From the human T2T-CHM13v2.0 reference genome, Homo sapiens: DNA of 64,000 nt. Below the pieces are notes generated by a model. It ran no database searches, had not been told where the DNA came from, and was given only the letters and a program-made list of their open reading frames with translations. The stretch lies in assembly GCF_009914755.1 (NCBI RefSeq), contig NC_060947.1. One strand, 5' to 3'. Below, piece by piece: positions 12,381 to 27,835 of the stretch (within the stretch, counting starts at the first letter, position 1; the number at the start of each line of letters is the position of its first letter). The translations under genes and the position numbers were made by a program.

Positions 12381-12475
12381 GTTTCGGAGCCATGCGGGAC
12401 TTCATCAGCAACCTCCTCCAGATGCCAAAATTCCCATAGATGAAAGACCCCAGGTTGCTTCCATCTGCCCAAGCT

Positions 12476-12481
12476 ATTAAA
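12476..12481 (+). terminator. Poly(A) signal ATTAAA of H2AL3
   Basis: ~95 nt after the stop; conserved with the H2AP copy; no histone stem-loop seen. Confidence 0.7.
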
Positions 12482-12562
12482 CTGTGTAAATGCATGACAG
12501 TGCTCCTGACTCGTCTCCGTTTCCGTTGCTTTGGGTTGGAGGTGTCTGTGAGACATCAAGGA

Positions 12563-12958
12563 GAAGCTATCCCCAGAGAGCTGAAGCGGGGGAAGGGGTG
12601 GCCAGTGTGGAGTGTTTGAATCAGTGATTTAGAGGGGGCAGTTTCCAATGGTGACAGTGAGGGTGCCGGCCCTGTGGGGAGGAACTGGCTGGGATAAAGA
12701 CACCGAGACTTCCTCATTGTCTCTGAACAGGAAGGCCTTGTGAGGCCAGGGAGTTGGCTGGGGTCCTCCGAGGCTTGTTGAATTCCCAGCCTGATGCTGG
12801 GGCCTAGGGTGGAGCTGCAGACTCTGACTGAGGTGCAGGAGGCTTTATTCAGGATAGCAAAGGTCTGAAATCAGAGGGCAGTGGCCACAGAGGTGGGTGG
12901 AAAGAGGGCACACGGGCTGGCATGAACTTCATGGGACAGGGGATTTACATGGAGATTG
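12563..12958 (+). repeat. Copy 2 of ~400-bp near-identical direct repeat
   Basis: Aligns to 8970-9362. Confidence 0.95.
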
Positions 12959-13595
12959 TGTTGGGATTGTCCTTAGGGCTATTTGGGAGATATGCTTGTC
13001 TGAATCCCAGAAGCCTTTCTTGCCACATGATTTCCACTGAACCTCATATTCCCAGGCAACTCATTGTGAAGATGCCCACCCCACCACTGGATGATTCCTT
13101 ATGGAGAGCTATAGAGCATTCCTAGCTTTAGCCCAGATGGTCACTTTCTCCTCTGTGCATTTGAGCAGCAAGCAGGCCTCTCTCCAGCATCTACAGGAAG
13201 GAAGTCTCCTTCAGCTGATCAAATCATGGTGACAACAGCGCCCTCTCCACTTGCCAAAGTGAAACATCTTTGTTTTCAGGGTATGTGTTCCTGCTAGTCC
13301 AGTGTCCTCCATTCAAGTGAGTCCCTCTAGGATGGGTAATGGCAGTGAACTGATCATTTTCCTCAGATCTTGACATGTTGATTAAATAGCTGTCTGGTGT
13401 TTAAAAGCTGTTGATGTTGCTTATGGCTGTGGCTTATTGTAGAACTAGATATAATGTCCTGGATACACTGGAATGCACATCTGAGGACTTCATTCAAGGC
13501 AGGAGAAGCCATAGTAGGTGGGTGGCCCATGGCAGATGAGTCCCTCTGTGTAGTCAGGTGGTCACCTTACAGTTTATGCAGTCGTCAACACTAAC

Positions 13596-13608
13596 GGTCA
13601 CTCTGACC
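13596..13608. promoter_or_regulatory. Perfect palindromic estrogen response element
   Basis: GGTCActcTGACC matches the GGTCAnnnTGACC consensus; function untested. Confidence 0.5.
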
Positions 13609-14737
13609 TTGTAAGGACCCGGGCTTCTGGGCTCTTTCAGACTCTGTTTCATGCCTGAGGTGGAGTTTGGAGGTTGACCCTGGATGAGCCCCTGTTGCAA
13701 GCTCTCTGCAGAGTCAAGGGGCATGGGAGAGTCAGCAGGAGGCACTGCTATCCCTTTAAGAATTGTGCTCAGCTGTGCTCGTGGGTTTCAGAGGAATCGT
13801 GGGGGGCCACAGCCAGCATAGCTTCAGACTAATGCATCACCCTGCCAGATCCCCCTTCCACACATGCAAGGAATTCTACACTCAGGGGAGGTGGGGAGGC
13901 AGAGAGAATCACTGTTATTGGGAAGGCATGAGCCCACCCATATTTAGGCCTTTTGTGCATTTCTAACAGGAGGGAGGGAAAGGTGAGGAAGGAGTCTCTC
14001 TGGCCTGTATCCTGTGGTCAGGACAGCACTGGTGGCCAGTGTCCTATTGGGAGTGTGAAAACTAACGCCCAAGTGGGCAAGGACAGAGGCCGGGGTGACT
14101 GTGGCTGCCAACCAGGCCAGGGATCACAAGCAGTGTCAGGGCAGGCTGGTGCCAGACTCAGGTCAAGACTGCAGAAAACTTCATGTGTGAAGATAGACAA
14201 GCCCCAGAGTCAAGCCTGAGGGCAGGAGACTTGGAGGGTAAAGGCAACTTTTTGTTGGCTTTACCGCAAGGCCTGGTTATCAGGCTCGTCTCCCACCTAG
14301 AGCATCTTTTGGGAAGCAAAGCATTTTGAAGGCCCAGGTCTCCTGTTCCCTTTATGTGATAGATCCTACATGATGTAGCCTATGGGAGATGGCCTGACTC
14401 CTTAGAGAGTACCTCCGTTACTCCCAAAATAGGAGTCTAGAAAGAGAGGTACTTCTATCAACATCTAACACATCATTTTCCTAATCCTCAGATTACAAAG
14501 TGGCAGCTCACATACCTAATCTGGACAGCAGATGAGATCATTAGAACTACAATGCTGTTTTTAAGGAAAATTATTTTGTTGCCAACATTGAAAAATCTAG
14601 ATCTTTCATCTGAAAATCTCAATTTCTGGGTTTCCTTAGAAAATCAAAATGTCTCGGTATATATGTGGCTACAGTTAGATAGAAATAATTAGCTGCTACC
14701 CCATTAAGACGAGATATTTAGTTTCCTACATTCCTCA

Positions 14738-16374
14738 TGATGGCAGTGGTGGCCCATCTGGGGTGGCCGTTGCCATCATGCCAGCTGCAGCAGGGAGCCA
14801 TGACCAGGGCTGCACACTTTGTGGAGCTGGTGGGAGCTGGGGACAAGTGGGAGCCCTGTCCCTTTCAAATTGGTGTGGCAGTAGCTCCCCGGTTGCAGCC
14901 GCAGCTGCCCGAGCGGTGGTTGTGGACCCAGGCCTCCCACTCCATGGAGCAGGCAGGAGTCCTGCCCTCCTGGACACAGCTGCAGCCATCCAAATCGCGG
15001 CTGCAGACCCAGGCATCCCTACCCTCTTGGAAATGTCTGCTCCCCCTGCTTGGCTCTCCCTGCTGTCAGTGCCCACTCCAATCTCAAAGCAAAGTCAGGG
15101 CTGATCCCAGGTGCTGTCACAGCCAGGTCAGGTGTGCACATGCTTGGGGCAGTGCTGACACACCAGTTCCCTGCTGCCTTAGCCCCCTCCAGACTTTGGG
15201 CTCTGACAAGCTTAGGAAGGGAGACAATGGGGGGCCAAGGACAGCTCAGTGCTGGCCTGCAGATATCCCCTGGCACCTACAGCCTGGGTGCCATGAACGG
15301 CAGCAGGAGGCAGACAGGTTCCTAGGTGGAAGGTCCACATTGAGGCCCCGAGTTCAGGCCAGGAAGGGCCTGAAAGCTGGGGGCTGGACTGCAGTCCTAC
15401 AGACTGGAGCGGGAATGTGTTGTGCTTTATCTGGGCCCACCCATGGCCACCCGTGGACCAGTCAGCATACACTTCCTCCCCTCTGAGGCCCTTAAAAGCC
15501 AGAGGACTCAGCCAGAGCTGAACAAATGTTGGGACCACCAGCTGCAGAGAGGAGCTAGCCACCCCAAGTCCTCCTCTCTGCTGACAGCTGGGAAGATGAC
15601 AGGAAGACCTGCCTACAGAGAGGAGCTTCCCACTCCAAGGTCTCCTCTCTGCTAGGAGCTGAACACTCATCAGGACACCCTTGCTGCAGAAAGGAGCTGC
15701 CCCCTGTGGGAGACTAAGCTATTCTATTGCTCAGTAAAGCTCCCCTTCATCTTTCTCACCCTCCACTTGTTGGTGTACCTCATTCTTCCTGGTCACAAGA
15801 CAAGAACTCAGGACCCGTCAAATGGTGGGGCTAAAAGAGCTTTAACACAAACAGGTTGAAACATGCCCCTTGCTCGCCATGTTGCAGGCAAAGAGAAAGA
15901 GAGAAGAGTTTTGGCCCTTCGGGGAGCCCAGACCTGAGAACTACTTGAGCAAGGGCTGTCACTCCCTCTTTGGGGCTCTGTGGTTCACTGGCATCTCCAA
16001 ACTTCCAGGTGCCACCATGTTTCCCGGTGCCAGCTGTGGAAGCTGCTTGTCGTGCGCCTGGTCCAGTGGCAGCCTCACAGAGAGCCGGCACCTATTCTGG
16101 CACCTGGAACTGCCTGCCTGCCCTGTTGCAGCAGCTGGCATGTCTGACTGTGTGCAGTGGCTGAACCCCACGCTTCCTCACACACCCCTTGCCGTTCCAC
16201 ACCTTACTCCCCCTTGACAGGTGTGGGACCCAGGCTGGTAACATGAGCCAAGCACAGCCTGCCAGGCTGAGTGGGCACAGCGAGCCCAGCAGGACCGAGC
16301 ACAACTCAGACAAAGGTGCCACCTGCCACAGAGATTTCTGGCCAGAAAAACGACACCCTAAAGATCTCATAACA
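14738..16374 (+). mobile_element. MER52-family ERV1 solo LTR
   Basis: TGATGGCAGTGGTGGCCC...TAACA termini, GC-rich 1.6 kb, 4-bp TSD ctca/ctta. Confidence 0.8.
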
Positions 16375-17984
16375 CTTACTCTTCCCTATTGTATCCGATT
16401 ACTGACTCATCCCTTTCCTTAAAGTACCTGTCTGGCTTCTATAGATGAGTTCATTATTCTCACTGTAATTTAAATCTCCAACTCTAATGTTCAGAAGGAT
16501 TCCTTCTCTAATTACTATAGTGCAGTGCAGCACTCCTCAGATTATTTATGGTGTAAAGCCACTATTTTCTATTTTTCATGTTCTATTTAATTTAGAGATG
16601 ATATGTGGTCCTATTGTGCATGACTACTGTATGGCTCACCATTGAATCATCACTGGAGTTTAACAACAGTCAGACTGGTATACACCCTGTCCAATAAGAT
16701 GACTTCACTCACTTAAATGTGTGACAAAGACAGATTTCTATAAAGGATCCTGAATGGTGGTATTCAATTCCTGTACCTGTTGCAGCCAATCAGTAATAAA
16801 AACTTTGTAGCCGTACACTGTTCCTAAAATCACAGTGTGTGTAACACTGGAATGGTGAATTTATTGTATTCTATTATTCTAGGAGTATGATTTTAAATGT
16901 AATGAAGGGCAATAAATAGAATCTGCATTTGGCATTTTCTTAATGTGTGTCTTCCAAAGGACTTTATGAGAGTAGAAGATTTGATCCTCTTAATGTTCTA
17001 GAATAACTGTAGGGAAATATCTCTAACTTATTAAAGCAAACTCTAGTAAAGGAAACCAGTTAGCATCAAGGAGGCAGGTTACATACCATGGTTGGGAGTT
17101 ATTTGCATTCTGAAATGTAGGATGAAAATAATTCATCAGCTCAACTGTGAAGGGGAGTCTTCATGACAAGAAAGGGGAAAATAGTGAAAGGAGGGGCAGA
17201 AGAGCTGACTTCTGGTCCCCTCAGTAGAATTTACTTGGGGGACCATCAGCTTCTGTGGCTGTAAAATGAGGTTGGAAAAATTATTTCAAAGGTCTTCTTG
17301 AGGTATACAGTTATCAGACTATGCTCTTTTCCTAAGAAAGAATCTCTACTGAAAATGGGTAAAAGGGGACCAGACTTTTTTTCTAAGTTCTCCATTTTAC
17401 AGCTGAGGTCACTGTGGCCCAAAGATGATAATCAGCTCTTTCAAGGTCAAAGCAGGGATGAGAGCTGGTCATCCCACCTGTTGTTGAAGCTCTTTCCTCT
17501 CCTTTATCCTTAGAAATAGCGCTCAAGATAGAAGGTGCTTAATGTTCTCTTCTGGGAAAGTGAAGCTCATGTGTTCAATGCCAAGATGTTGGGGTCGCTT
17601 GGATTTCTAGGAAAGCACTCACAACAACTTGTGAGGTCTCATTCTTGATAGTGAGTCTTGACAACACTCTCACTTAACAACTCACTCTCGAGAACTTTCA
17701 CTTGTGTTTTATTTGGGGAAGCCCAGACAGGTTGGGAAAAAAGGGCTGATTTTATAATGCAGGTCATTAGACTTCGAAAACCTAGGTCTTGTTCCACTGG
17801 ACGTTGTGTAACTGTGTTGTGAACACAAATGCTTCTCAGTTAAGGTGTTCTGGAAATTCTGACTCTATCCACTGACATTGTCTTAAATGTGGTTATGGGG
17901 TGATATGATGAGCCCAAGCCCAAAAGTCTATTTTTTGAAAAATTTTATGGGTACATAGTAGGTGTATGTATTTATGGGTTACAT

Positions 17985-18768
17985 AGAAATGGGAAAAGTT
18001 CCCTTGTCCCCCTCACAGGGCATGTGATGGACGTGTGGCTCACTTCTTCAGTGCCCTGCTGCTCAAACCCCTAGCGGGAGCATGCAGACTGGTAGGTTGT
18101 GGGGCTCTGACCCCATGGCGGTATCTAAAGGTGAATGTTTACAGATGAAGCCTCAGTAGGCATGTGTTACAGTATGCTCTTTCAGTTTAGCCATCTGTAG
18201 GTAGCTCGTGTTAGTCAGCTCAATTAGACCCACTGCCTTATCGCAAGGACAGAGGGCTTTCTGTATCCCAGGGTTTCTTGCCTTGGTGTACTGGAAGAAT
18301 CGGATCACACATGGGCTTGGAGAACGAGTGCGAGGTTTTATTGAGTGGAAGTAGCTCTCAGCAGATAGCGAAGCCAGAAGGGAGATGGAGTGGGAACGTG
18401 GTTTTCCCCTGGATCCAGGCCCGCTCAGTGGCCGGGCTCTTCTCCGACCGCCCCAACCGAACTCCGCATTGTTTTGCTGGTCAATGGCCTGCCAACCTGC
18501 CAGCATCTGCCAGTGCCTGTCGGTGCGCTCTGCCAGCGTGCTCCTCTTGATGTCCAGCTGCTTGTTTCTCTGCCCGCGAAGGTCTTGGGGTTTTTATAAG
18601 CACAGGATAGGGGTGTGGTGGGCCAGCGTGGTCTTGGGAAATGCAACATTTGGGCAGGAAAAAATGTCTGTCCTCACCTAGGTCCCTGGTCACAGGCCCA
18701 GGGGTGGAGCCCTAGCCACAGACCACACCCTCCCCTACCCAGCACTTCCCTGCCCTCCTCCCATATCA
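17985..18768 (-). mobile_element. ERV1 solo LTR (LTR1/LTR27/LTR28 group)
   Basis: Minus strand begins TGATATGGGAGGAGGGCAGGGAAGTGCTGGG; TSD acat at 17981-17984 and 18769-18772. Confidence 0.7.
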
Positions 18769-19448
18769 ACATGAGATATTTTGATGTAGGTCTTCAATAC
18801 GTAATCATCACATCAGGGTAAATGGGGTATCCATGACCTCAAGCATTTATCCTTTGTGTTATAAACAATCCAGTTATAGTTTCTTTGTTAATTTAAAATG
18901 TACAATTAAATTATTTTGGACTATAGTCACTGTTGTGCTAGCAAATACTAGCATAGAAAAACTAGAAAGAATTAATGTCTTATTTATTCTTTCTATTTTT
19001 TGCACCCATTAACCCTCCCAACTTCCCCTCCAGCACCCTACTACCCTTCCTGGCCTCTGGTAAACATCTTTCTACCCTCTGTTCTCACGAGTTCAAATAT
19101 TTCAATTTTTAGTTCCCACAAATATGTGAGAACATGTGAAATTTGTCTTTCTGTGCCTGGCCTATTTCACTTAACATAATGACCTCCAGTTTCTTCCATG
19201 TTGTTGCAAATGATAGGATCTCATTCTTCTTTATGGCTTGGTAGTGCTCCATTGTGTATATGTACCACATTTTCTCTATCCATCTGTTGATGGACATATA
19301 GGTTGTTTTCAAATCTTGTCTATTATAAATGGTGCTGCAATAAATATGGGAGTGCAGATATCTCTTGGATATACTGATTTCCTTTCTTTTAGTTATATAC
19401 CGAGCAGTGGGATTGTTGGATCATATAGTAGCTCTATTTTGAGTTTTT

Positions 19449-21377
<1,929 letters not shown>

Positions 21378-21927
21378 TAATTTGTATTCACACCAACAGT
21401 GTACAAGTGTTCCCTTTTCTCCAAATCCTCACCAGCATTTGTTATTGCTTCTCTTTTGGGTATAAGCCATTTTAACTGGAGTAAGATGACATCTCATTGT
21501 AGTTTTGATTTGCATTTCTCTGATGATCACTGATATTTAGCACCTTTTCATATGCCTTTTTGCCATTTGTATGTCTTCTTTTGAGAAATGTCTATTGAGA
21601 TCCCCTGCCAGTTTTTAAATCAGATCATTATATTTTTCCCTATAGAGTTATTCGAGCTCCTTATATATTCTGGTTATTAATCCCTTGTCAGATTGGTAGT
21701 TTGCAAATATTTTCTCCTGCTCTGTAGGTTGGCTCTTCACTTTGTTGATTGTTTCCTTGCTATGCAGGAGCTTCTTAACTTGATGTGATCCCATTTGTCA
21801 CTGTTTGTTTTGGTTGCCTGTGCTTGTGGGGTATTACTCAATAAATCCTTGCCCAGTCAAATGTGCTAGAGAGGTTTCCCAATGTTTTGTTTTTGTTGTT
21901 TCATAGTTTGAGGTCTTAGATTTAAAT

Positions 21928-22680
21928 AGTACAATCGCATGGAGAACCGTTTGTAGGTTCCTCAAAAAATTCAAAATAGAGCTACCATATGATCCAGCAA
22001 TCCCACTCCTGAGTATATACCCAAAAGAAAGGAAATCAGTATATTCAAGAGATATCTGCACTCCCATGTTTACTGCAGCACTATTTACAATAGACAAAAT
22101 TTGGAAGCAATATAAATGTCCATCAACAGATGAATGGATAAAGAAACTGTGGTACATATACACAATAGAGTGCTACCATCTATAAAGAAGAATGAGATTC
22201 TGTCGTTTGCAACAACATGGATGGAACTGAAGGTCATTATGTTAAGTCAAATAAGCCAGACACAGAAAAAAAATTTTGCATATTCTCACTTACTTGTGGG
22301 AGCTGAAAATGAAAATAATTGAACTCATGGAGATAGAGAGTAGAAATATGGTTACCAGAGGCTGGGAAGGGTAGTGAGGTGCTGGGGGGAAGTAGGGAGG
22401 ATTAATGGGTACAAAAATAGAAAGAATGAATAAGACATAGTATTTCTTAGTACAACAGGGTGACTATAGTAAAAATAATAATTTAATTGTGCATTTTAAA
22501 ATAATGAAGACAGTATGATTGTATTGTTTGTAACACAAAGGATAATTGCTTGAGGCTATGGATACCCCATTTACCCTGATGTGATCTTTATATATTGCAA
22601 GCCTGTATCAAAATATCTCTGTAACTCATAAATATATACACCTACTATTTTTCCATAAAAATTACAAATAAAAAATCCTA
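21928..22680 (+). mobile_element. L1MA 3' portion on the + strand
   Basis: gagctaccatatgatccagcaatcccac...taaatatatacacctact, ending in an A-rich tail. Confidence 0.85.
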
Positions 22681-22759
22681 AAACTCAGCCCTTACAAGAT
22701 CTGCAGGGGAGACAGAATTTGTAGGTTGATCTCCCAAATTCATCAGGCTTGGAAAGGAC

Positions 22760-23280
22760 CTTAGACTTTCTGCATAACTACATTAGCAAAACCAAACCAA
22801 TTCTATGGAAATGCCAATATTAATAGAACAAATATTAATACTCCTCAGAGGGAGATAGCAGAGTCTTTACACTATATGATCCCCATTGTCCAATATGCAA
22901 TAAAAAAATTCAACATGCAAAGAAACAAGAAAATATCACCTATTGTCATAAAATCAGTAGAAACAGACCCAAAAATGTCCAGTTGTTAAACTTCATAGAA
23001 AAAGACTAAATCAATTATTATGTATTCAAAGAACAAACAGAAAATAGGTTCAAAGAATGAAAGGAAAATATGATCTTTATAAATGTACAGATAGTGAATT
23101 TCAGCAGAGAAATGGAAACTATAAAAATAACCACATGGAAATTTTAGAGCTTAAAAAATTATAGTAACTGAAATTAATAACACACTAGATGGGCTCACAT
23201 TAGTTTGGAGATGGCTAGCATCAAATGAGCTTGAAGACAGATCAAAAGTAATCATCCAATCTGAAAAAAATGGAACAAAA
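22760..23280 (+). mobile_element. Ancient L1M 5'/ORF1 fragment
   Basis: cagcagagaaatggaaactataaaa...gaaattttagagc, an L1M ORF1-type A-rich pattern. Confidence 0.6.
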
Positions 23281-23619
23281 CATGTATCTCTAAACTTTTT
23301 AAAGGTGTTGTATTGACTTCTTTTGTATGAGTTTTTTAACATAAGAAAGTAATAACTCTCTTGGTACTTCAAGCTAGACTCACGTTTTCGATTCTCCAGG
23401 ACACCACCTTTGGGGTTCCCCACTGTAGCTAAAAGGGACCTGGCTATGGTAACATAAATGGGTAATCACCTTGGCAGAAGTGATCTTAACAAAAATTTCA
23501 CTTACTTCAACTAAAGATTCAGTACCATACAAGCACTGAGAAAACCTCACTCATTCTCTAATGTTCAGCTGAGCAATCACATACTGTTACACATTTGTCT
23601 TCTAAAAGTCATACATACA

Positions 23620-23830
23620 TAGCACAGTGCTATGATTAGATACCTGGACTATGGTTATGGAGTGCCTGGATTTAACTTTTGACTCCAGTACTTACTAACT
23701 GGGTGACTGTGGGCAGACTACTTAGTTTGTTCATTTGTAATATGGGGATAATAATATTATACACCTAACACATTTGGAGAATTATTGGAGAGGATATATG
23801 TAAAGCACTTACAACAGTGCCTGGCACATA
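23620..23830 (+). mobile_element. MIR
   Basis: gtgactgtgggcag...tgtaatatggggataataat...aaagcacttacaacagtgcctggcaca. Confidence 0.7.
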
Positions 23831-24139
23831 TGTGTTCATTGTTATCACGTTTCTCCCAGGTTTTTTAAGAATAGAGATTTTCAGGGGTAGAAGAATATTA
23901 AAAGAGTGAATCACCTTTAAAACACTGGTGTAAAAAATACCTCATGTCAAAAAATGTTTAAAATGTGCTTTAGATGAAACCTGTTACCTTTCCCCTGCTG
24001 ATCAACAGAGACATTCCTTTTTGAAAGCTCAGCTTTAGAGATACTGCCTTCTTCTTGAAATAGCTGTCTGCAACAGATAAACATTACTCTGTGCTACTGG
24101 GTGTGTTCAATGTGTAAATAGATTGTGGGAATATGAGAG

Positions 24140-24258
24140 GCTGGTTTTTCAAGTTCCTGCTCCAAGTAGTTCACAAGGGTCAAGTAGTCCAGCATTCTAC
24201 AGTTTGTGTGTTTGAGAGAAAAATAAGCCCATAAAAACATTCTAACCTTCAGATTAAG
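24140..24258 (+). other. SYTL5: Candidate non-coding first exon of SYTL5 (5' boundary approximate)
   Basis: Strong donor AAG|GTAAGA at 24258/24259 in unique sequence, no ATG, upstream AGATAA and TGTAAATA motifs; position agrees with my recollection of SYTL5 structure (unverified). Confidence 0.55.
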
Positions 24259-27200
24259 GTAAGACTAATGCGTTTAGGGATCTCCAGTGTGATATCTGAT
24301 TTCTTAATTTCTGTATTTTGTGTGTGGTAGGGGAGTAGTGGGATTTGCTGGTCAGGAAGAAAACAGCTCCTTCCACCATTTGATATTGTATTTTACAGTA
24401 AAAAAGGGAGAAATATGTACAGAAGGGACATTTTGGCCATTGGTAGCTATGAGTTTAATGGATTGAGGAGAGAAATATAAGTATCTTTTTGTTATTAACA
24501 CTTGATTCTATCTATGAAGTGAAGCATTGCACTAGGTTCTACTGAAGAGTGAGTGCCTCCAGGAACAAATATGCATTCTAGTGACATAAAAAAATCAAAT
24601 TCACAGCAGAAGTGTTGCATCATTTTGCTATAAATCTCTCACACCTCTCTATATAAACCTCTCACATCTCTATATAACATAGATTGTCCTTTTGCTCTGA
24701 ATTTCTTTCATTTATTAGAAAATTTAGATGTTTCATTTGGAATTATTTAATTGTTTTTACATTCAGTTCCATTTTTGATATGGACAAATATCCAGTATGG
24801 ATATAAATTCAGTAGAAGGATTAATAAAGTCTGAAAAACCTGGAATAATTTCAACATGAATATGATACTGTAACAGCTTACAGAAATGCGATATTAACTG
24901 TGAACATTAATATACTCTGAAAAGATGCATCAGGGTTTAAAAAATTTCTCCTTAATGTAGATTGTTTTAATTACCAATACTGTCTTCCTCATTTAAATGA
25001 AAAACGTAATTTTACAACTATTAATATATAACTTCTCTTTGCTCCAAGTATATGTGTATGCCTGGAGAAAAGCATATGCCTGGAGAAAACAGGAGTTATA
25101 TATTTATAGCATTCAAAATAGTATAAAATATTGTTTACATGTAATAATGCATTTAGAAGTACTACTTCAGTAGTAGCCTCCTTAAAAAGTATTTTAAACA
25201 CAGGAATTAAGTATATAATTTTTTCATTTTGTAATAAGTTGTTTATATGTTATTTGGACAACAGCTTACACACAAAAGTGTTACAATTCATACCCTAGGT
25301 CTTAAATGCATGAAGCCATTTGTTTGGACTCTAGTGAAATCCTTAAATTGGTCCTTGCATCCCTCAGTATATATATGTACATACCCACATATACATGCAT
25401 ATTTACATGTGGGCAACTAATAACTGAGAAAATGTCTTACTGCTCTTTTAGTTGTTGAATCATGCTTTTTCTATGTATTTATGATTTCCTGAAATTCTTT
25501 GCTATTTTAAGTTTGGGTATTAGCTATGTTATCCTTCTATTTATTCAGATTTGTTAAAGTCTTCTGATAGGTTTAGTGAATAAAATTATTGAGCTTCTAC
25601 CTCTTTTCTTTTGGAGGCCCATTTAGTATTTTTGTTGAAATTACTTCCTTATTATTATTTAGTATGTTAAGGGAAGGAAAAGGAAATGTAGCTTTAATAT
25701 GTAAAATGAGCAGTTCGTTTTACTTAAGCTCTATTATATGATGATGTATCTTATGACTATTTTGCCATCCTGCGTAAGCACTTAGCTAATCATCTTTAAT
25801 ACATTCTACTTAAAATCTACTTGTAAATATGCTTTTGTACATTCATATCTTACTTGTCTGTGGTCTCTCATCCTCTTTCTCTCTCACCCCTCTATATACA
25901 TTCACACATTTTCCATGATTTCACAAAACTTCTCTCCAACCTCGTTCCATTCCTGGTTATCTCTTTCTGTGGGGAGTATCATCATTTCCTTTGACCTCTG
26001 TTTCTCTACATCTTCCATCTTGCTTAGCCCATGGACTTTTGATTTTACTGAAGACAGCAAAAAAGCAGATGGTGCTTCTGTTACTTGCAGAGTTAGCAAC
26101 CGCTGTGGTTACCTTAGGTTCTGAAAGATTATCTAAAATAGGGAGGAGCTCCTAGAGGAACAAAATATAATAAACATGTAGTGTACTGGGATAAAAAATT
26201 CACTTGATCTGGTCTCTCTCTCCTTTTAACAAAAACATTTCTCTAAGAAGTGATTAATAAAACATACCCTACTGCCTCACTTTCTCTTTTAAAATCTTTC
26301 TTTCAAATTCCCCTATGACATAAAATCAATCTTCATCACTTTATTGACACTGTACTTCCAAGGGTCACCTGTAGTGCTGCTAGGAAATTCAAGTACATTC
26401 ATTTATTTATGTATTCATTCATCCATTCAATAAATATTTATTTAGTGACAGCTATGCATCAGGCATTGCTGAGCACTGAAGTTACAGTAGGGAACACTTA
26501 AGTCTGCCTTTATATATCTCCAGTCTAGTTAGGAAGGGTGTTAACTCACCCAAATAATTCATTACAAGTGTGATAAGGGCTATAAGGAATACTTTTCCAA
26601 ATTCTCATTTTATTCATCCCCTTGGCTCTATGTGACACACATGATCAATTCCTACTTCTTAAATTTTCTCTTTCCTTCTTGTCCATGACTCTATACTATT
26701 TATTCAACTGCTTTTCTACCACTTCCCTTCTTGTCTATTTTTCCTTTTCTCTTCCTTAAGTTTGGGTTTCCCTCAAAGGTTTAGCATTTATTTAGCCTAT
26801 AACCTATTACGTTTTGCCTTTCTCTATAACTTCTTATCAACCCTTAGTTTTAAATATCACCTCTAAGTGGATACCTCCAAGACTTCCATTTCCACATCTT
26901 ATCTTTTCCATCTGCTATACATTTTCCCACTTGTATGTCCAAGGGTCACTCGACATTCATCATGATTGTAGCCAAACTCACAGCTTTTATGTCAAACCAC
27001 TTCCCCTTTCATTTCATTTGTTTCTGTGAATGGCATTAATGATCTCTTGGTTTCTCACATTTGAAATCTTGGAGTCAATTTTGCTTCTAACTTTTCCTTT
27101 GCTCTCAATATCCAAACCACTACCAAGTCCATTCATTTCTTTAATTATAATGTATCTAGAAGCCATCCTCTCTCATCTCCCTTTTCTGTTATTTTTTTCT

Positions 27201-27589
27201 TTTATTCTCTATTTTCTCATCCTTTTTTCCCTCAGTCTAAGAGCTACCTACAATTCAAGGTTTTGGTCAGGCCCCATCTCCATCAGAAAGTCCACACCTC
27301 ATGGATATCTTCTTTTTCTAAGCCCCAGAATCATTGGGGTAGTGAAAAGAACATAGCCAAAGAGCCAGGTTTAAGTTTTGATTCTACCATTCACTGCCCC
27401 CTGTGCACTCTCTGTGAACCACAGTTTCCTCAGACTCATTCTATCTCATATAGTGGCCACAGGAACAAATATAGTCATGGAGAGGAAATCATTTTGAACT
27501 ATGAAGAACTATATAGATATTAAAGTAAGATTTGTTGCTGGAAGAATAACTCAGTAGCAGAGACCAAAACCCCAGGTCTTAACTATTGA

Positions 27590-27835
27590 AATCATATTGT
27601 GCAGGGGTTGAGAGTGTTGACTCTGCAGTCAGATGACCTGAGTTTGAATCTCAGCTCTGCTACTTACCAGCTGCATGAAATTGAGAAAACTTAGTTAGCT
27701 TTCCTGTTGCTGAGTTTCCTCACTGTCAATTGGGGATAACAATAGTTTCTACTGATAAGAGTGTTGTAGGATTAGAACGTTTAGTAAATGTAAAATACTT
27801 AAAATAGTGCCTAGCTCATAGTAAGTGCTCTGCAA
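27590..27835 (+). mobile_element. MIR
   Basis: gacctgagtttgaatctcagctctgctacttaccagctg...agtgcctagctcatagtaagtgctc. Confidence 0.75.

Noticed and set aside
13200-13400. Possible degenerate ERVL integrase fragment on the minus strand
   Set aside because: Similarity too weak to support by eye; needs a Dfam search
14735-16422. Cluster of long overlapping ORFs (up to 249 aa)
   Set aside because: All lie in a GC-rich MER52 LTR where stop codons are rare; no recognisable domain
18153-18821. Several ORFs on both strands
   Set aside because: Inside an ERV1 solo LTR
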